Below are positions 30,601 to 45,970 of a DNA stretch of 64,000 nucleotides, one piece after another. Each line of letters starts with the position of its first letter. Within the stretch, counting starts at the first letter, position 1. Under the pieces are notes generated by a model. The model saw nothing but the letters and a program-made list of their open reading frames with translations. It had not been told where the DNA came from and did no database searches. Origin of the DNA: Hormiphora californensis (taxonomy: Eukaryota; Animalia; Ctenophora); the NCBI GenBank assembly GCA_020137815.1, contig CM035351.1, forward strand, positions 7,440,001 through 7,504,000. Reading direction: 5' to 3'. Made by a program: the position numbers and the translations under genes.

Positions 30601-33600
30601 CCTGTATCTAATGAATTAGTATGTTCTTGGAAGTAGTAAATTCAATTCCCAGAATCCCGGCTATTACCTACATCATAATTCTAGCCACGTGTTGTGTACA
30701 GTTCCACACTTACACACACAGCATTATCCCTTCCACCTTCATACCAGACCACCCTGATCATCCCCTCTCGCCCACTCCCTGACCCCTTCCTAAATCCCTT
30801 CCTTATCCCCCCCCCCCCTAAACCCCCTGGTTCACTCCATAACCCCCTGATTCACTACATAACCCCCATTATCCCCCCCTCTAAACCCCCTGATCTCCAC
30901 CAGGTATTCCCATTATCCCCCTCCCCTAAACCCCCTGATATCTCCACCCCTCCCCTAAACCCCCTGATATCTCCACCAGGTATTCCCATGACGAGGGAAT
31001 GACATGGCTCAACAAGACGATCAGCACAGAGAAGATCACTGTCCAGGGTCTTATAACAGAACCAGGGGAGACTACTACTATATTCAATGTGTATGCTACA
31101 GAGCCCGCAGGTGGCAATATGGGATGGATCATCTATACAATCGACTTTAAACCTGCCCTAGGTAATTTTATAATTGATCATTACATGTTCCTTGATTGCC
31201 ATTTGTTTCATTTGTTTTGGAGCAAAATACTCTTTCGGACTAGTTTTTTATTTCATATTTTGGCATATATAATACCTCGACCAAAACGCGGAGTTTTTAC
31301 GTCAGCCGACCCGAAACCGGATTAAATTTGGCCACCCGTCAAAATATGTCTGAATTGTCATTTGGGGTCATTTAGACCTTTTAATTACATGTAATTACCC
31401 TTTAATTACATGTAATTACATTTTAATTACATGTAATTACTTCCAATTACATTCCAATTACTTCAGCACCTCGAGAGCTTTCGAACGCACCCTAGAACAC
31501 TTTTCTACTCCTTCTAATTGCCGAGTTCTGTATACCCCTTATTTTGACTGTTTTTCGCGTCCTACCCCTTATAGGTTTGGGTATGGCCATCGCCACACCC
31601 CCTATACGTCGCGGGACCTCGAGACCTTTCCAACGAGCCATAGAACACCTCTCTACTACTTCAGGGGGCTTCAAAACTTTCACTCTAAAAATATCTATGG
31701 TTATGGTTATGGTTATGGTTTTATGGTTTTATGGTTTTTTTTCATCTGGTATTAAGGGCCTGTCGGCTCGGCCCCGTTGTTTTAGTTTTAGGGGGGATGT
31801 TTTAGGGGGGATGGGTTGAGTTTGGGTTATATTCGGGTCGGGGGGCCTTACCAGGCCCCGAATGTTTTGGCTCACACAACAGCTTGGTTATTAGTTTAAA
31901 TATTGTTACACCCCGCCACAGCTTTTCCTCCTCTCTCAGGGGAATACAAATTTGTGATAAGCGGGAAAGCGAAAGGGGTGGGGGTAGCTGGGAGACAGGG
32001 ACAGATTGATAAACACTCCTTCTTCTCTCAGGTCCTGCCTGCACGGGTGACGACTTCACATCATGGAGCATTAGAGATGAGCTGAAGAGCACAGAGTGTG
32101 TCCTGGGTATCGATACTCAATTTGAACGGAAGAAGGGTACCGCCCATTGTTACATTGGCTCTGATTACAAGCGGACTGTGTCGGAGTTATCGTGTCCATG
32201 TCAGGCATCCGATTTCGAATGGTGAGTGTTAGAACAGTTGTTATGTTCTAACCCTCCTTTACATTTGTAAAAGAGGGTCTCTCGCCGTCGTGGGGCACGG
32301 AGAGAAAGGGTCGAACAAGGCAGGTTAATTGTAGTGTATGAAATGTGTTTAACAACTTTTATTGATGTCCTGTCTCTCTCTCTCAGTGATTTCTTGTATG
32401 AGAGAGAATTCCCGGGTGACCCCTGTCTGCCCCTCCCCAACATTGACACCAAGTGGTTCATACCGTCCGACTGTAAGCCTGGAAACCGGTATAACGCCAC
32501 CTCTGGATACATAAAGATCGAGGGAGATAAGTGTGTAGGTGGAGAGGAGAATATCTTTGCAGCAAAGGAGGTCCCCTGCCCAGATGAAGGTATGTACTGG
32601 CAAGAGTCAGGTTGCGAGCTATCATTATAACATAGCGGGTCTTGATATATACGCTGTGTGAGAGGAAGGAAGGCGCGGTGACTCGCCTACTGGGCTTCTG
32701 GCGCGATCGTGTACTTGTGCGCGCAACTTTACACTGCTCTCTCTCTCTCTTGTTCAGTACACAAGTGTAATCTCGATCTTCAACACCTTCACACACATCA
32801 TTCGTAGTCAGGGCATATGATGCCAAAATAAATTAAAAAAGGGCATAATTGTTATCAAGCTAATTTCACTTCTAGTAGGCTCTATTAGGTCCCTAGAAAC
32901 ACCAAAAAAATTGGCCGCGGTTTTATCAATGAAGAAGTTGGGTTTTTGGGCCACGCCCTTTTACCTATGTTTTTAGCCTTCTGGCGAAACCAAAACGGGG
33001 CTTAGGAAAGGAGTAGAGACAAATCTAAGGACACTAAAATGTGTAGCGTCCTCGCATTAGTGGGGGTAGGTGCGGAAATTAAGTCTCTATCTCATCTGGT
33101 TAATTATGTAATTGGATAATTAGATATGCGCATAACCGTATTTTGGCTAAATGGCTATAGCCACTTAGGAATGGTTTAGAGACTTTTCACTGGTGCCATT
33201 TTGTAGGCAATAGCCAAGTTATGGGGGGTCGACGTCGAAATTTTAAGCTCTATCTCCAACCGTTTGACCGCTATTTGGCATTAAAGATGCTCAAAATGAG
33301 CAAAAAACGGTAAAAAGCCCGATTTTGAGCATCTTTAAAGCCAAATAGCGGCCAAACGGTTGGAGATAGAGCTTAAAAGTTCGACGTCGAACCCCCATAA
33401 CTTGGCTATTGCCTACAAAATGGCACCAGTGAAAAGTCTCTAAACCATTCCTAAGTGGCTATAGCCATTTAGCCAAAATACGGTTATGCGCATATCTAAT
33501 TATCCAATTACATAATTAACCAGATGAGATAGAGACTTAATTTCCGCACCTACCCCCACTAATGCGAGGACGCTACACATTTTAGTGTCCTTAGATTTGT

Positions 33601-36600
33601 CTCTACTCCTTTCCTAAGCCCCGTTTTGGTTTCGCCAGAAGGCTAAAAACATAGGTAAAAGGGCGTGGCCCAAAAACCCAACTTCTTCATTGATAAAACC
33701 GCGGCCAATTTTTTTGGTGTTTCTTGGGACCTATTAGAGCCTACTAGAAGTGAAATTAGCTTGATAACAATTATGCCCTCATTTTGTCACCGTATGCCCT
33801 GACTATCGCCACAATTCAGCTGTTCATTCTCAAAACTACAGCCCCATTTTCACCCTCTCTTGTTCAACCCTCTCTCTTGTTCGACCCTCTCTCTTGTTCC
33901 ACCCTCTCTCCCCTAAACATCTCTCTCAGTTCTTGGTAACTTGACGGTGGTAGTTGCGAGTAACACGGTCGCGGTGGGAGCTACTGTCTCTGTTCACGCT
34001 CAGAGCGATGGATATATGGGTGATGTGTACTTTATGTGGTATACAAGTGACAACCAGACTAGTAGAGGGCAGGGAATCAGTGGGCAGTATACTCAGTTCA
34101 CATTCAATGAGTAAGTGCCATTTGTCAGATCATGAAACATAAACTTGTTATTTTTATCCAACCAACATCTCCTTAACTAACCCTCTCCTCTCTGCAGAGA
34201 GGGAACATTCACAGTAACAGTTAGTGCCAGTAACGGTATGAAAAACCCGGTCGTTGCCATGGCTATTATTGATGTAGACAAAAAGATAACAGGACTAGAA
34301 CTGACCATATCTCCTGATGATCCTGCAGTCGGAGAGACTGTGTTTGCTATCGTCTCCCCTGGTGACCTTTCCCAGAAGTTTGATGTAAGTTTATAGAATG
34401 GTTCAGTAACTGTTTCATACGTCATGTCTGTCCCGTGATTCATGGATGACAACATAGTTTAGTTGTTTAGTTGTTATTATATTATATATCTTGAGTTACA
34501 TCAGTTACAAAGTGCGTATATCCCTGTTCGGCTATGACATCACCATCTTACCACCCCTCCCAAGTCCCATGATACCTCGTTGAGTAACAAATGATACCAT
34601 CACCTATACCACTCTTTCCTCCCTATAACCCTCCCCCCCAGTTTGGCCGGATGATGTTCGCCTGGACGCCTGGCCCAACCTCTCACCTACCTCTCCTCCT
34701 TCACACCGGGTTCGACAAGGCTGGGGAGCAGACCATTCGGGTTGTCGTATCCAACTCTGTCAGCAAACTGGAGCTAGAGAAAACGTTTACTGTCGCAGGT
34801 ATAATCAGCCAAGATATACAAATCAAGCCCTAAATATACGCCCCCTTCCTTGGCCCTATATGGCCCTATGACTATAACCGACTACCTATGACTGGTTAGC
34901 AGGGGGAAGAATGAACTAATTAGTAACCCACCTCCAACTGATTCAGATTTGTCCGTGTCTTCAATCCACGCGATACCAATTGATAATACCCACATTCAAG
35001 TTATCTGGCAGCCCCCTACATACAGGACCGGTATTGTCTCTTACTACAACGTCCAATACCAGAGGTAGAAGGAGTAGAGAGTTTAGGAATAAACTTCTTT
35101 CCTTCTTTCATAGGAGACATTACAATTTACATGTACCAATATCTCCCTCAATTTCAGTACTGGTAGTGATACATGGACGAGTGTGAAATGTAACAGTACC
35201 TTTTACCGTCTTGGTCCACTCTCCGCCTCCACAACCTACCAGATTAAAGTGCAGACTGGCAGTAGCACTGGTAAAGTCACTGACTCCACCAATGTGATCA
35301 AAGCCACCACTCTCCCGAACAGTAAGTTGTTTAATTAAACTAATTTATAACTTGACCAGCAACTATATTGTGGTTCAATACTATAATCAATAATACTGAC
35401 CGGTTGATTGTCTATGAGCCACAGTGAAGAATTTAGTTCTTCATGTTCTAACAGTTACAATTCCCTCCTGTTTTGTTAAGTAACAACAACTCTCACACCA
35501 GACGACAGAGACCCTGCAACGAACCTAAAGGTCTCATTTGATAACAAGAAACTAACCCTCTCCTGGGTTGAAGGGACGGGAGCCCAGTCCTATACCGTGG
35601 ACTATTGGACCCCGGAGAGATACCAGGAACCCCTGTCCATAACTGTATCTGGACCTAGTGCTACCATTGAAGGCTTGAGACCTTCTTCAAAGTACTCTCT
35701 TAGGGTAAGTACACTATTATTTATACTATTTAGTGTGATAAATTCTCTTATCTCGGATACCAATATAAATATACCTACATCGCTTGGTATTATTGGGATC
35801 ATATTCGTGTCTGCTTAGGCCTGTTTTTGCTAGCTCCTAAAATTGTTTGAGTCACTTCTCATCGACTCAATGTGACATCGACCAACTCTCTTTCCCGATA
35901 AAGAGAAAAGGGTAGCCTTGTTTACGGTTTATTCGATTGGAAAATACCCTAGAAAGAAACTTGTGGACCCTAGATCTCGTACCCCAAACCTGTTTATTTA
36001 AACCAGTTGTTGCATTATCTGGATGTAACGTGGACCCCAGCTGTATATACGTCCCACAACGAGTTCTCGAGAACGTTTTGAGTTTCAATCCCCAGTTCAG
36101 CTATCTCTGGGCTATCTCTCTTTCTCCTTCACTCTCTCACTATCTCTATCTCTCCTGTTGCGCATTTCAAACAACTCGAAAGTAGAACCGGTTTTGGTAG
36201 ACATAGTGGCATCTGCAATCCCCTCCGCCCACTGTATATGTGTTATCAGGGTACTCCACAAGCTGCACAGAGATACATGCAGAGATAACAATGACGTATT
36301 TAATGGGGCTCCAGGGAAGTGCTCTTAGTTTTTGTTTAGTATGCAGATTGCAGGGTATCTGTCAGGTCAATGTTCAGACCGCTATTCTCTCTAATTGAAA
36401 AGAAAGGAAACTAGGGCCAGGCTAATGCTCTGACAACATGCAGAATATGGTGGATTCAGATTCTCCATATAATACAACACAGGCCCCCGCCGCACCAACA
36501 TAATATGTTACGAAGCAAGCAGGGAGGTTGCAATCGGTATTGTACGAGTCAGTAATGTGATTACCACAACTGTAAAAGTTTGACTCACATTTCTTCAGAA

Positions 36601-39600
36601 TTCTAGGTTATACCACGTCTCGATGGGTTATCTTTGAGTGACATGAGTGCAACAAAAGTTGCAGTACTGCACATGTATATAATTTTAACCTTGTTTTTTA
36701 ACCGTGTTTCCGTCTCTTATCTCTGCCCCCTGGAATTAGTAATTCTTGGTAAAAGCCCCCCAAACCGGTTTTTTAATCTCATCTTCAACCCTTGTCAGGA
36801 CCATTTTGAGCTCCCTCAAACAAGAAACAAAACTCAGTCCCCTATCGAGAGACCACACTAGAATTAGGACCCTGTATAAAGACCTCCTTGCCATTGCCAC
36901 AATAAGTAGCGCCAATAATACCCCCTGACCAGGTAAAAAGTGAGTACGGTGCAGGTGACAATTCGGTGGCCTATTCAGCAGTAAAGGATGTCACAGTGCC
37001 GGGTGTAACTCCCTCGGTGGTTAAAAACTTGAGGACGTTAACTGCTAACAGTACTACAATATCCCTGACTTGGGATGTTCCTAGTGAGCCTGTTGATGTG
37101 AGTATTACAGATTCCATCCCTTCTCACCACGGTTACTATGGTTGCCTCCCTTCTCGCCACGGTTACCTCTCCAGGGTTACCATGGTTATCTCCCTTCTCC
37201 CCAGGGTTGCCATGGTTACCTCCCTTCTCCCATAGGTTACCTCCCTTCTCCCCGAGGTTACTATAGTTACATCCCTTCTCCCCATGGTTACCATGGTTAC
37301 ATCCCTTCTCCCCATGGTTACCTCTCGTCTCCCCAGGGTTACCACGTGTGGAATCTAAACACCACTCAAGTGATAGCCACAATAACTGCCAACACCGACA
37401 GCTACCTTGTGATCGGTCTCCAACCCTACACAGTCTACTCCTTCGCCGTGGAGCCATATCTCGGTTACAGAAAGGGAGAGAAAAGCAAATCTGTAACTGT
37501 TCGAACTGATTACGGAGGTAATAATAACATAATGATATTCACATAAAATTAAACTCTTTATCTTTCTTGGATATATAGATTCAGAATGATAGCTGAGAGA
37601 ATACTGTCTCCAGCGGTCCCTGTAAAACACCATTATGTTGTCTCATACATAGCTTCAGATTGTCACGGAATATTAGGGCATCAGTCTTTCAATTTCTGTC
37701 TTTGTACAACCCGGATATCTAATTAGTTCTCTAGTACTGCTTTGTCTCTGTACACAAGACTGTGTAACATCACATCTGCTGTCGAAGATTCACTGTTCCT
37801 ACGAACTGCATTAAGTCCCCCACATCACATTCTCAGCCCCATTGGAACTGGGAGAGAGCATCCAAGGTCCACCTCTTCTCAGGGTCTCCCTCCAGGCACC
37901 CCTCAATTAGTGTAGATAGACTCTCACTGATGACCTGGTTGGGTAGCTGGTAGTGCTGGATGGACTTGTAGCCCTCCAGGACTTGGTCCCTGTTTAGGAA
38001 GGGTGGTCGGCGGTAGTGGAGGACATATGCCAGGCACCCAATAGCCCAGACAATCCCGCCCTCCGTGGTATAGGAACCGGTAGTATAGAACTCTTGTGGG
38101 ATGTACACGTCAGTGCCTGGAGAGAGGGAGGAATCAGTTAGGTTGGAATACTCCAGAGATATTTAGAGAGAGAGGGAGGAAGAGAGTTAGGTTGGAGACA
38201 CAGGGAGTGGGTTGCTCCCTTTTCTCGACTATATCGATAACATGTTACACCTACACGATAGAAAGATAGTGAGGAAGGTAACTGATTTAGAATGATCTAG
38301 AAGAGTATAGAAGGAGAAATAACGAGGGCAAAAGCTCATTAGAATCGTCAGGAAAGAAAGCGGTTTAGTAGAGGGGGGAGAAGGGACTTTCGTGGGACCT
38401 TGTAAAAGTTGTAGCGGGTGTTTCTTGGTAAGCGAGGGTGGGGAGAATTAATTTAACTGATAAGAAATGCAGGTATACATGGTAGAGCCACTGAAAATGG
38501 AAGAAAAGACGAAATGTGCGTGACTACATTTCTGGGAAATTTGTTGAGGCTCTCACCTTGTAAAGCGGTGTAGACATGTCCTTTCTCCACCCGTGAAGCA
38601 GATCCAAAATCAATCAACTTGACATCCTTAGTGGTGGGATGGTAGAGGATGTTCTCATCCTTTATATCTCTGTGGTCCACCCCCGCATCCAACAGTGCCC
38701 GAGCAATGGCCACTATCTGTACAATTATCATCCTGATATCCTCTCCACTAAGCTTCTGGGTCATAGCATTGTAATCAAACAGGTCCGTATACCCTTCATG
38801 GTAGTCCGTCATTAGGATGTAGTAACTTCCCTTTTCAATAAACACGTCCACAATGTGAACCACTCCGGGTATCCCCTCCAGACCCTCCATCACACACGCT
38901 TCTAGAGGCAGGTTCATCTGCTTGCACCCACACCAGCTCACCCTCCTACACCTCTGGACAGGGATGATCTTTGCAGCCAGCTTGGTTCCATCGCACCTCC
39001 TAGATACCAGGTACACCGTCCCATAACCACCCTGACCCAGCTTCCTAGAGATGGTATAATCCCGATGGAGGGTTGAGGACTCTGCAAGGTGGGCCTTTCT
39101 GAACTTGGTGGAGCGCCAGGAGAAGCAGTTAGATTGGAGGTACCGTGACACCGTTTCCAGGGTCTCCATTACTGTAACTGTGGAGGAGGGAGAGAGGTGG
39201 TTTAGTAAGATTTGTTAGGCCCCAATATCTGGCAGCACAAATAGGCCTGTATAAAGTGTGTGAGCAATATGTTATCAAAACAATATGCGGATTGATGCGG
39301 CAAAGTGGGTCATAAAATAATGTGCTGCCCCTAGCGAATCGGCTACATTGTTATTCTAGTGAGTCATAAATCCGGCTGAATAAGTTAGACTGAAAAAGCT
39401 AGAAAGTTATGAAGAAATCAAATTAAAGTCTGGACTTGTGACACACGTTCATGGTGAATAGCAATTATACAAACAAGATTTGCTATACTATCGAGGAAGT
39501 GAAACACACTGCGTCTTATTGCAGTGGAAGTAAATCACGACTTTTATATGTGGCCTAGTGAGAGAGAGGGGGGCTTTCATGGTGACGCGTTATCAGACTG

Positions 39601-42600
39601 CAGATAACAATTGCTAGAGAAAGTAGCTGGGAGCAGGAATTTCTTGTGTGAGAATGGGGGGGTTCCAACCTATTTGTTGTACGTTTGTACGGAAAAAAAC
39701 ACGGGTTTCCTCAAACAAAAAAATACAAAAAAATACAAAAAAGTACAAAAAAATACAAAAAAATACAAAAAAATAAAATGGGGTATAAACGATTAAACAA
39801 AGCTTTTCTGATCGTTGAAACTTTAGTTTATGATCATAATTGTGTCATAAATTCCTATTAAACTGTGGTTTCATACAAAATTAGCAACTTTTTCTTATAA
39901 TTGGAAGATAAAAACATGTTTTAATCATGTTTTAATTGTTCTTTATCAAAACACAAGGAAATATTCTATTCAAAATTTTCAAAATCTGAATCAATGATGT
40001 TTACTTTTTCGAATTTCGAATGAAAGATAATAATTACACGACAAACGTTCCTAGGTGGTACATTAGGACAAAAGGAACCCGTCCATGAACTTTTACTAGG
40101 CACCCACCTCCATAATTTGTTGTGCTTTTTTTTGTACTGTTTGTACGAAAAATTGGAATTTCTAAGAGAGAAAATCTTTCCAAATCGAACTTTCTATCCA
40201 AGAAAGTATTATCGAATCGCAATTTCTAAGCGAGAGAAATTTTCCTGAATCGCAATTTCTTACCGAGAAATTTTTCTCGAATCGTATTTTCTAAGCGAGA
40301 AATTTCCCCGAATCACAATTTCTTACCGAGAAAATTTTCTTGAATCGTATTTTCTAAGCGAGAAATTTCCCCGAATCGCAATTTCTTACCGAGAAAATTT
40401 TCTCGAATCGTATTTTCTAAGCGAGAAATTTCCTAGCATCGCAATTTCTTACCGAGAAAATTTTCTCGAATCGTATTTTCTAAGCGAGATATTTCCCCGA
40501 ATCCCAATTTCTTACCGAAAAAAAAATCTCGAATCGTATTTTCTAAGCGTAAAATTTCCCCAAATCGCTATTTTTACCGAGAAAATTATCCCGAATCAAA
40601 ATTAGTACCGAAAAAGTGATCTCCAACTGAGAAAATTTTCTCGTAATCGTAACGGTAATCTGAATCAATGATTTCGTTTTTTTAGAATTTCAAAAACGTG
40701 TACTTTTACACACTTTTTTAGTATGTAATTTTAGCAGTAAACAGGAAAATATGATAGATGGTACATGAACATAAACGGAACCCAGCTATGTATTATTTAT
40801 ACTTTTATCAGGCACCCACATCCTTCATTATTTTTTTGTATTTTTTTGTATTGTTTGTATGGAAAAAAACAGGAATTTCGGATACTTTTATGTATGGTCC
40901 GTACAAAACCGTACAAAACCGTACAAAAAAATAGGTTGGAACCCCCCCGTGAGAATGCGTGAAACTGTGAATCAAGTGGTGCACATGCCGTCTTCTTATC
41001 CAATGCGTCAAACATCATATGTTTTCAAAGTCAAGACAACTTCCACACACCATATTATATTGCTGTTATCTATCCAGCATGCACAAAAACGGCACTCTCA
41101 GCTAGACTATAAAGTGGAGTACTCCAGCAAGTTGACCCTATTTAACTGGTGATCAGATAACCTTGAAAAACGAGTTTAGAGGCAGTTGTTGTGGGCATGG
41201 TACAGGGTGGGCCAGAAACATGGAGCCACTTGGAGATAACTAAGGTGTCAATACCGTCCACTCTCCCATGTACAGTGTAATTTTCACGGTCTATTGACTA
41301 GAAAAAGTGTCCCCTGAGGATTGAGATCGACAGAGAGTCACCCTTTCCTAACAATTATCAGCCTGTCAACTGACAGGGTAACACGTTGAAATTTGGATCC
41401 GTACAATAGAGAGAGGATTGTATTTTTCCAACTTTTATCTCCAAGTGGCTCCATGTTTCTGGCCCACCCTGTAGATAGGAAGCACTAGATCGAAAACTGG
41501 GGAGAGACAGATGAGATGGAAGATTGGTAGGGGAGAGGGAGGAGTGAGAGAAAAGGTCTTGTTGCCCGCCAGACTGTGATTGGTTTATCAAGTTATGTGT
41601 AACTGTAAGGGAAAGCTGGTTTCAGATAACAGCTGGTTTTCACCTCAAGTTACGTAATGGGTGGAAATAGGTAGGTAGCATAGGGCAGACATCTAGAATT
41701 GAGTGGAAACTGCAGCTTACAGACAGCTAGGAACAGCGTGTCTCACAAAAAGCTGCCCTCTCCGAACTCGAGCAGGGAGTTTGATATTACTGTCATGTAG
41801 TTTGGAGAAGAAGACTGAGAGAAACAGAATTTGTGGCTCTTTGAGTCTGGACTAGAACGATTTGGTAATTGTTGTGGAACTGGACATCCAAGCGAGAAAT
41901 TAAATAAATGGATGCGATGAGTGAGAGGGGGGGGGGGTTTAGAAAGGGCTAAATATCATCAAATATGGGCCAGGAAATAAGAATCTCTTCCAATGTTTAT
42001 CTTCGCACACACTCCTTTCTAATTCTCTACTGTGGGGAGAGCGCCCCTACCACTACCACATTACTTCCTTGTTTTTCACTCATTTGGTTCAGTTTCACCA
42101 CCACGTACAGCATCACACACATGTCAATTGTTGGAGAGATGCCAACTGTTTATCATCACTAGTCAGTCCTGTCTTTCCACACTTGTTTCTTGTTCTGGTC
42201 AGTTGAACCCGAGGTACCACTGCCACGCAAGTCCCACAACACACGCCCCCTTGTACGACTCGCCCCCATCTTTCTCTCTAAAACAAACTATTACACACAC
42301 AGTGTAACCTATTGTAGTATAGACACTCTAACATTCTCTATTTCAGTTCCGGGACCTGTCAGAGACCTGGGATGCTACATGAAGAATGGGAACCCAGTTT
42401 TGAAGTGGAATGAGCCAGCTAAAACAAATGGACCCCTGATAAACTACCTCCTTGCCTCCTCAGATACACCCGATTCTGCTACCATCCCTTCCACTGTACC
42501 ACCCCAACAACGATCTCTCACCATTACTGGGGTTAGTGAATTGTAGTGTCGCATGAGTGGCCAGTGGGTTAGGAATGTCTTAATGTATGACCAATGTAAG

Positions 42601-43831
42601 GATATTGTAGGTTGACTCGTGAGCCTAATTTTAACCTTTTATTTAAAATTAAAGGACAGCGATGAAAAATATAAGTTTTAACAGACAATAAGATAAAATG
42701 TAGACCTAGAGGACAACATATATATTACGTGTATTATTGTTACCAGGAACCGACCGAATCAGGAAATACTGGTCCCTGATTGGCTGATAACCAGTCACGT
42801 GACCTAAATATCGAGTTCTGATTGGTCGTTTACTTGTTTCGGTCGGTTCCTGATTGTTACCTACCCATATCCTCCTGCATTGCACAGTATCTAAAGTTCC
42901 ATCTCATAGAGACATCCCCTGTTGCTCCGTTACAGTATCGTCCTCCACGTGCACCAGGAACACAGCATTTACACTTACAACACTCGTCACATGATTGTGG
43001 TTCACAATTATCAGACATAGTACACTATATAACAGGGCAAATTAAATGAAGTTGTAGATCTGGCATGATCAAGCACATCTATCTTCAGTAAACAAGGTTG
43101 CAATCAGAGACATTCACATCGTGGTTATGTGTACCCCAGACAAGTTATATTTGCGGGATGGAAAATATACAAACAACACGATATGACAATGCAACGAATG
43201 GTGCGGCTCATCTCTCATTATTTGTTTACCCTTCTTCTTCCCTATTTCTCACCCTCTTTTTTTGAGTAACATTCTCGTTTTCTCTCTCTTTCTCCATTCC
43301 CATCTTTCTCTCTCTTATTATCTAAGACGAAAGGTGAAACTCAAGATCGATAAATCCAATCTGCCGGAATCAAACATTGAACCCTCCTCCCCTTTCTTCC
43401 CCCTCCCTCTCCCCGGTACATTCTTTTCTGAGGACTGAATCACATCATCTCCATAACCCATATATAGTATTAAGTTTCATCACATTTTCCTCCCGGCCAC
43501 CATCCTTCTTTCTCACACACTGAAAGCAACAGCATTCAATTTCAACCCATTTCAATGCACCAATGCACCATACATATAAAACATCGAACTCTAGGTTTGA
43601 CAATTACATTCAAACACTAGTATTCACGTGAAATGAATATTGAATCGACCCGTGACTTTTTATTCAACAACCCGTGACATAGGTACTACATATGACATAG
43701 ATGTGTTAACAGATGATTAGAGTCTGTAGAGCGAAGACAAAATAAGTCTAGCGCTCGGATCCTAAAGTACCTGCATTAACTACAAACACCTCACTATATT
43801 CTATCCGCCCTTTATAATATGCTTCTATCTC

Positions 43832-43924
<93 letters not shown>

Positions 43925-44017
43925 GCACACACGAATGACTCCGCTAATCAGTCACACTCTGCTCCCTCTAATCTGTCACTGACTCTTTGTTATGACAGTC
44001 AGAAATAGTGATAGAGA

Positions 44018-44107
<90 letters not shown>

Positions 44108-45878
44108 GGAGGGAGTGACAGAGAGAGAGAGAGAGGGAGGGAGAGAGAGAGGGGGGAGAGAGAATGTTGCATCTGACTTTATGTCACATACCGTAAGTTG
44201 GGGTAACTTTGTGCCACTTTTTAGCATTCTCCTAAAATAACTCCTTGCCAGAATCACACTCGAAAATTTTTGAACCAAATAATCCCGTTCCAGACCTAGT
44301 ACACCAGATATAACTAGTGAAATTTTTGGTTCCCTCTCATTTAATTACATTAATTAACGTGTATTTTAGTGTAAGTGGGGTTTTAGGGCATGGGGTAACT
44401 TTGGAATGAGGGTGGGGTAACTTTGGACACCCGTCCAAAGTTACCCCACGATAGTAATATTGGAACAAACATAAATCCGAACATTTTGCAATGATAAACA
44501 AATGAACCTAAAATGTTTAAATGGAGCTTAAATGAGACAATAAATTATAAAAGAACAATAGGGTTAGCCAAACGCCCCATGATTTAAAAAAATTGTTTAT
44601 GTCGACTTAACTTTTTTGGGTGTGAGGAATGATGAACCTAGCCACCAAATAAAATTTCAGCTCAATCGACTTGATTTAGAGGTTGCCACATCCGGCCTGA
44701 AACCCATCAAACATCAATAATTTGAGGTTCCTTATCCACCCTACCCCACCATAGATGGTATTGGCCCTCTAGGCGAGTGTGTTAGTTCTTTTTGCTGAAT
44801 TGGATAGACAGGAAGTGGTCTACTTTTGGGTACTGGCTAAATAAAGGAGTTTTGGTACCTGTGCTCCTGCATAGATTGTCTACAAGAACTAGAACACTCG
44901 CCTAGAGAGCCAATATCATCTAACAAGCTACAGGATGGATGAGGAACCCCAAATTTTTGAAGTTTGATGGGTTTCAGGCCGGATTTCTGTGATTTAGCTC
45001 CATAAAATAGTCCAAGTCCTAGTTTTTTCACTAACCTATCGAATAGATGGATGGAAATGGCGTGGAGTTGGTTGAATCTTGGTTATATGGCCCTAAACAA
45101 TTCAGAGAGGGTCTAGGGCAACTCTACAGACATCAAAAGTTCAAAACATGTAGTATGGGGTAACTTTGGCACCCCGTCCAAAGTTACCCCAAAATTCAAA
45201 AAACGGTGGGGTAACATTAGCCACCCCTATTAGTCTCAATTAAAGTAATTGATCGGATTTGAAAAATGGTGCCCCGAATTATTTGATCGAAACCCTTCCA
45301 CTCTATGGAGCAAACTTGATTCGGTCATTAGCCCGGTCAAATCTATGGTACCCATTTTGATTTGAACATTATTAGCGATTTTGACATCAATTATGTTTGC
45401 CCCTAATTAGGAGCTAATTAGCATAGAATTGAAAAAAATAAGTGTACCGTTAGTTAGACATTTGTGGGTCAATTACTTGTACACCCAAAAATTATGCCAA
45501 ATCTGTCGTTATCTGTTGGTAATTTTGGACTAAAGCCAAATTTTGAAAGTGTCCAAAGTTACCCTGCAAAACAAAGTTACCCCAGATTACGGTAGTCTGT
45601 TATAACTATCGCTGCTTGGTCCTGTTTTCCTATACACAAACTCCCTTATGCGAAGCTTCACTCTTGTTTCCCCTCTTCCCGGTTCCCCTTCCTGTATTTC
45701 GTTACTTCTTTCTCTCTATATGACTCTCTTTGCCGTCCAGTCGTGACAACTTTGAATGTGTGTCGGCTCTGAGTGCTATTATAGTACTACGCAACATTAT
45801 CGCCTACCAATTAACTGCCCTCTCTAGGAGAAGCAGATAGATAGAGAGTCAGAGAGATAGAGGATAGATATAGAGGGA

Positions 45879-45970
<92 letters not shown>

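Noticed and set aside
31185-31880. Probable repeat element with TAATTACATG units and CGACCCGAA/TTCGGGTCG inverted motifs
   Set aside because: No clear termini or TSD identified.
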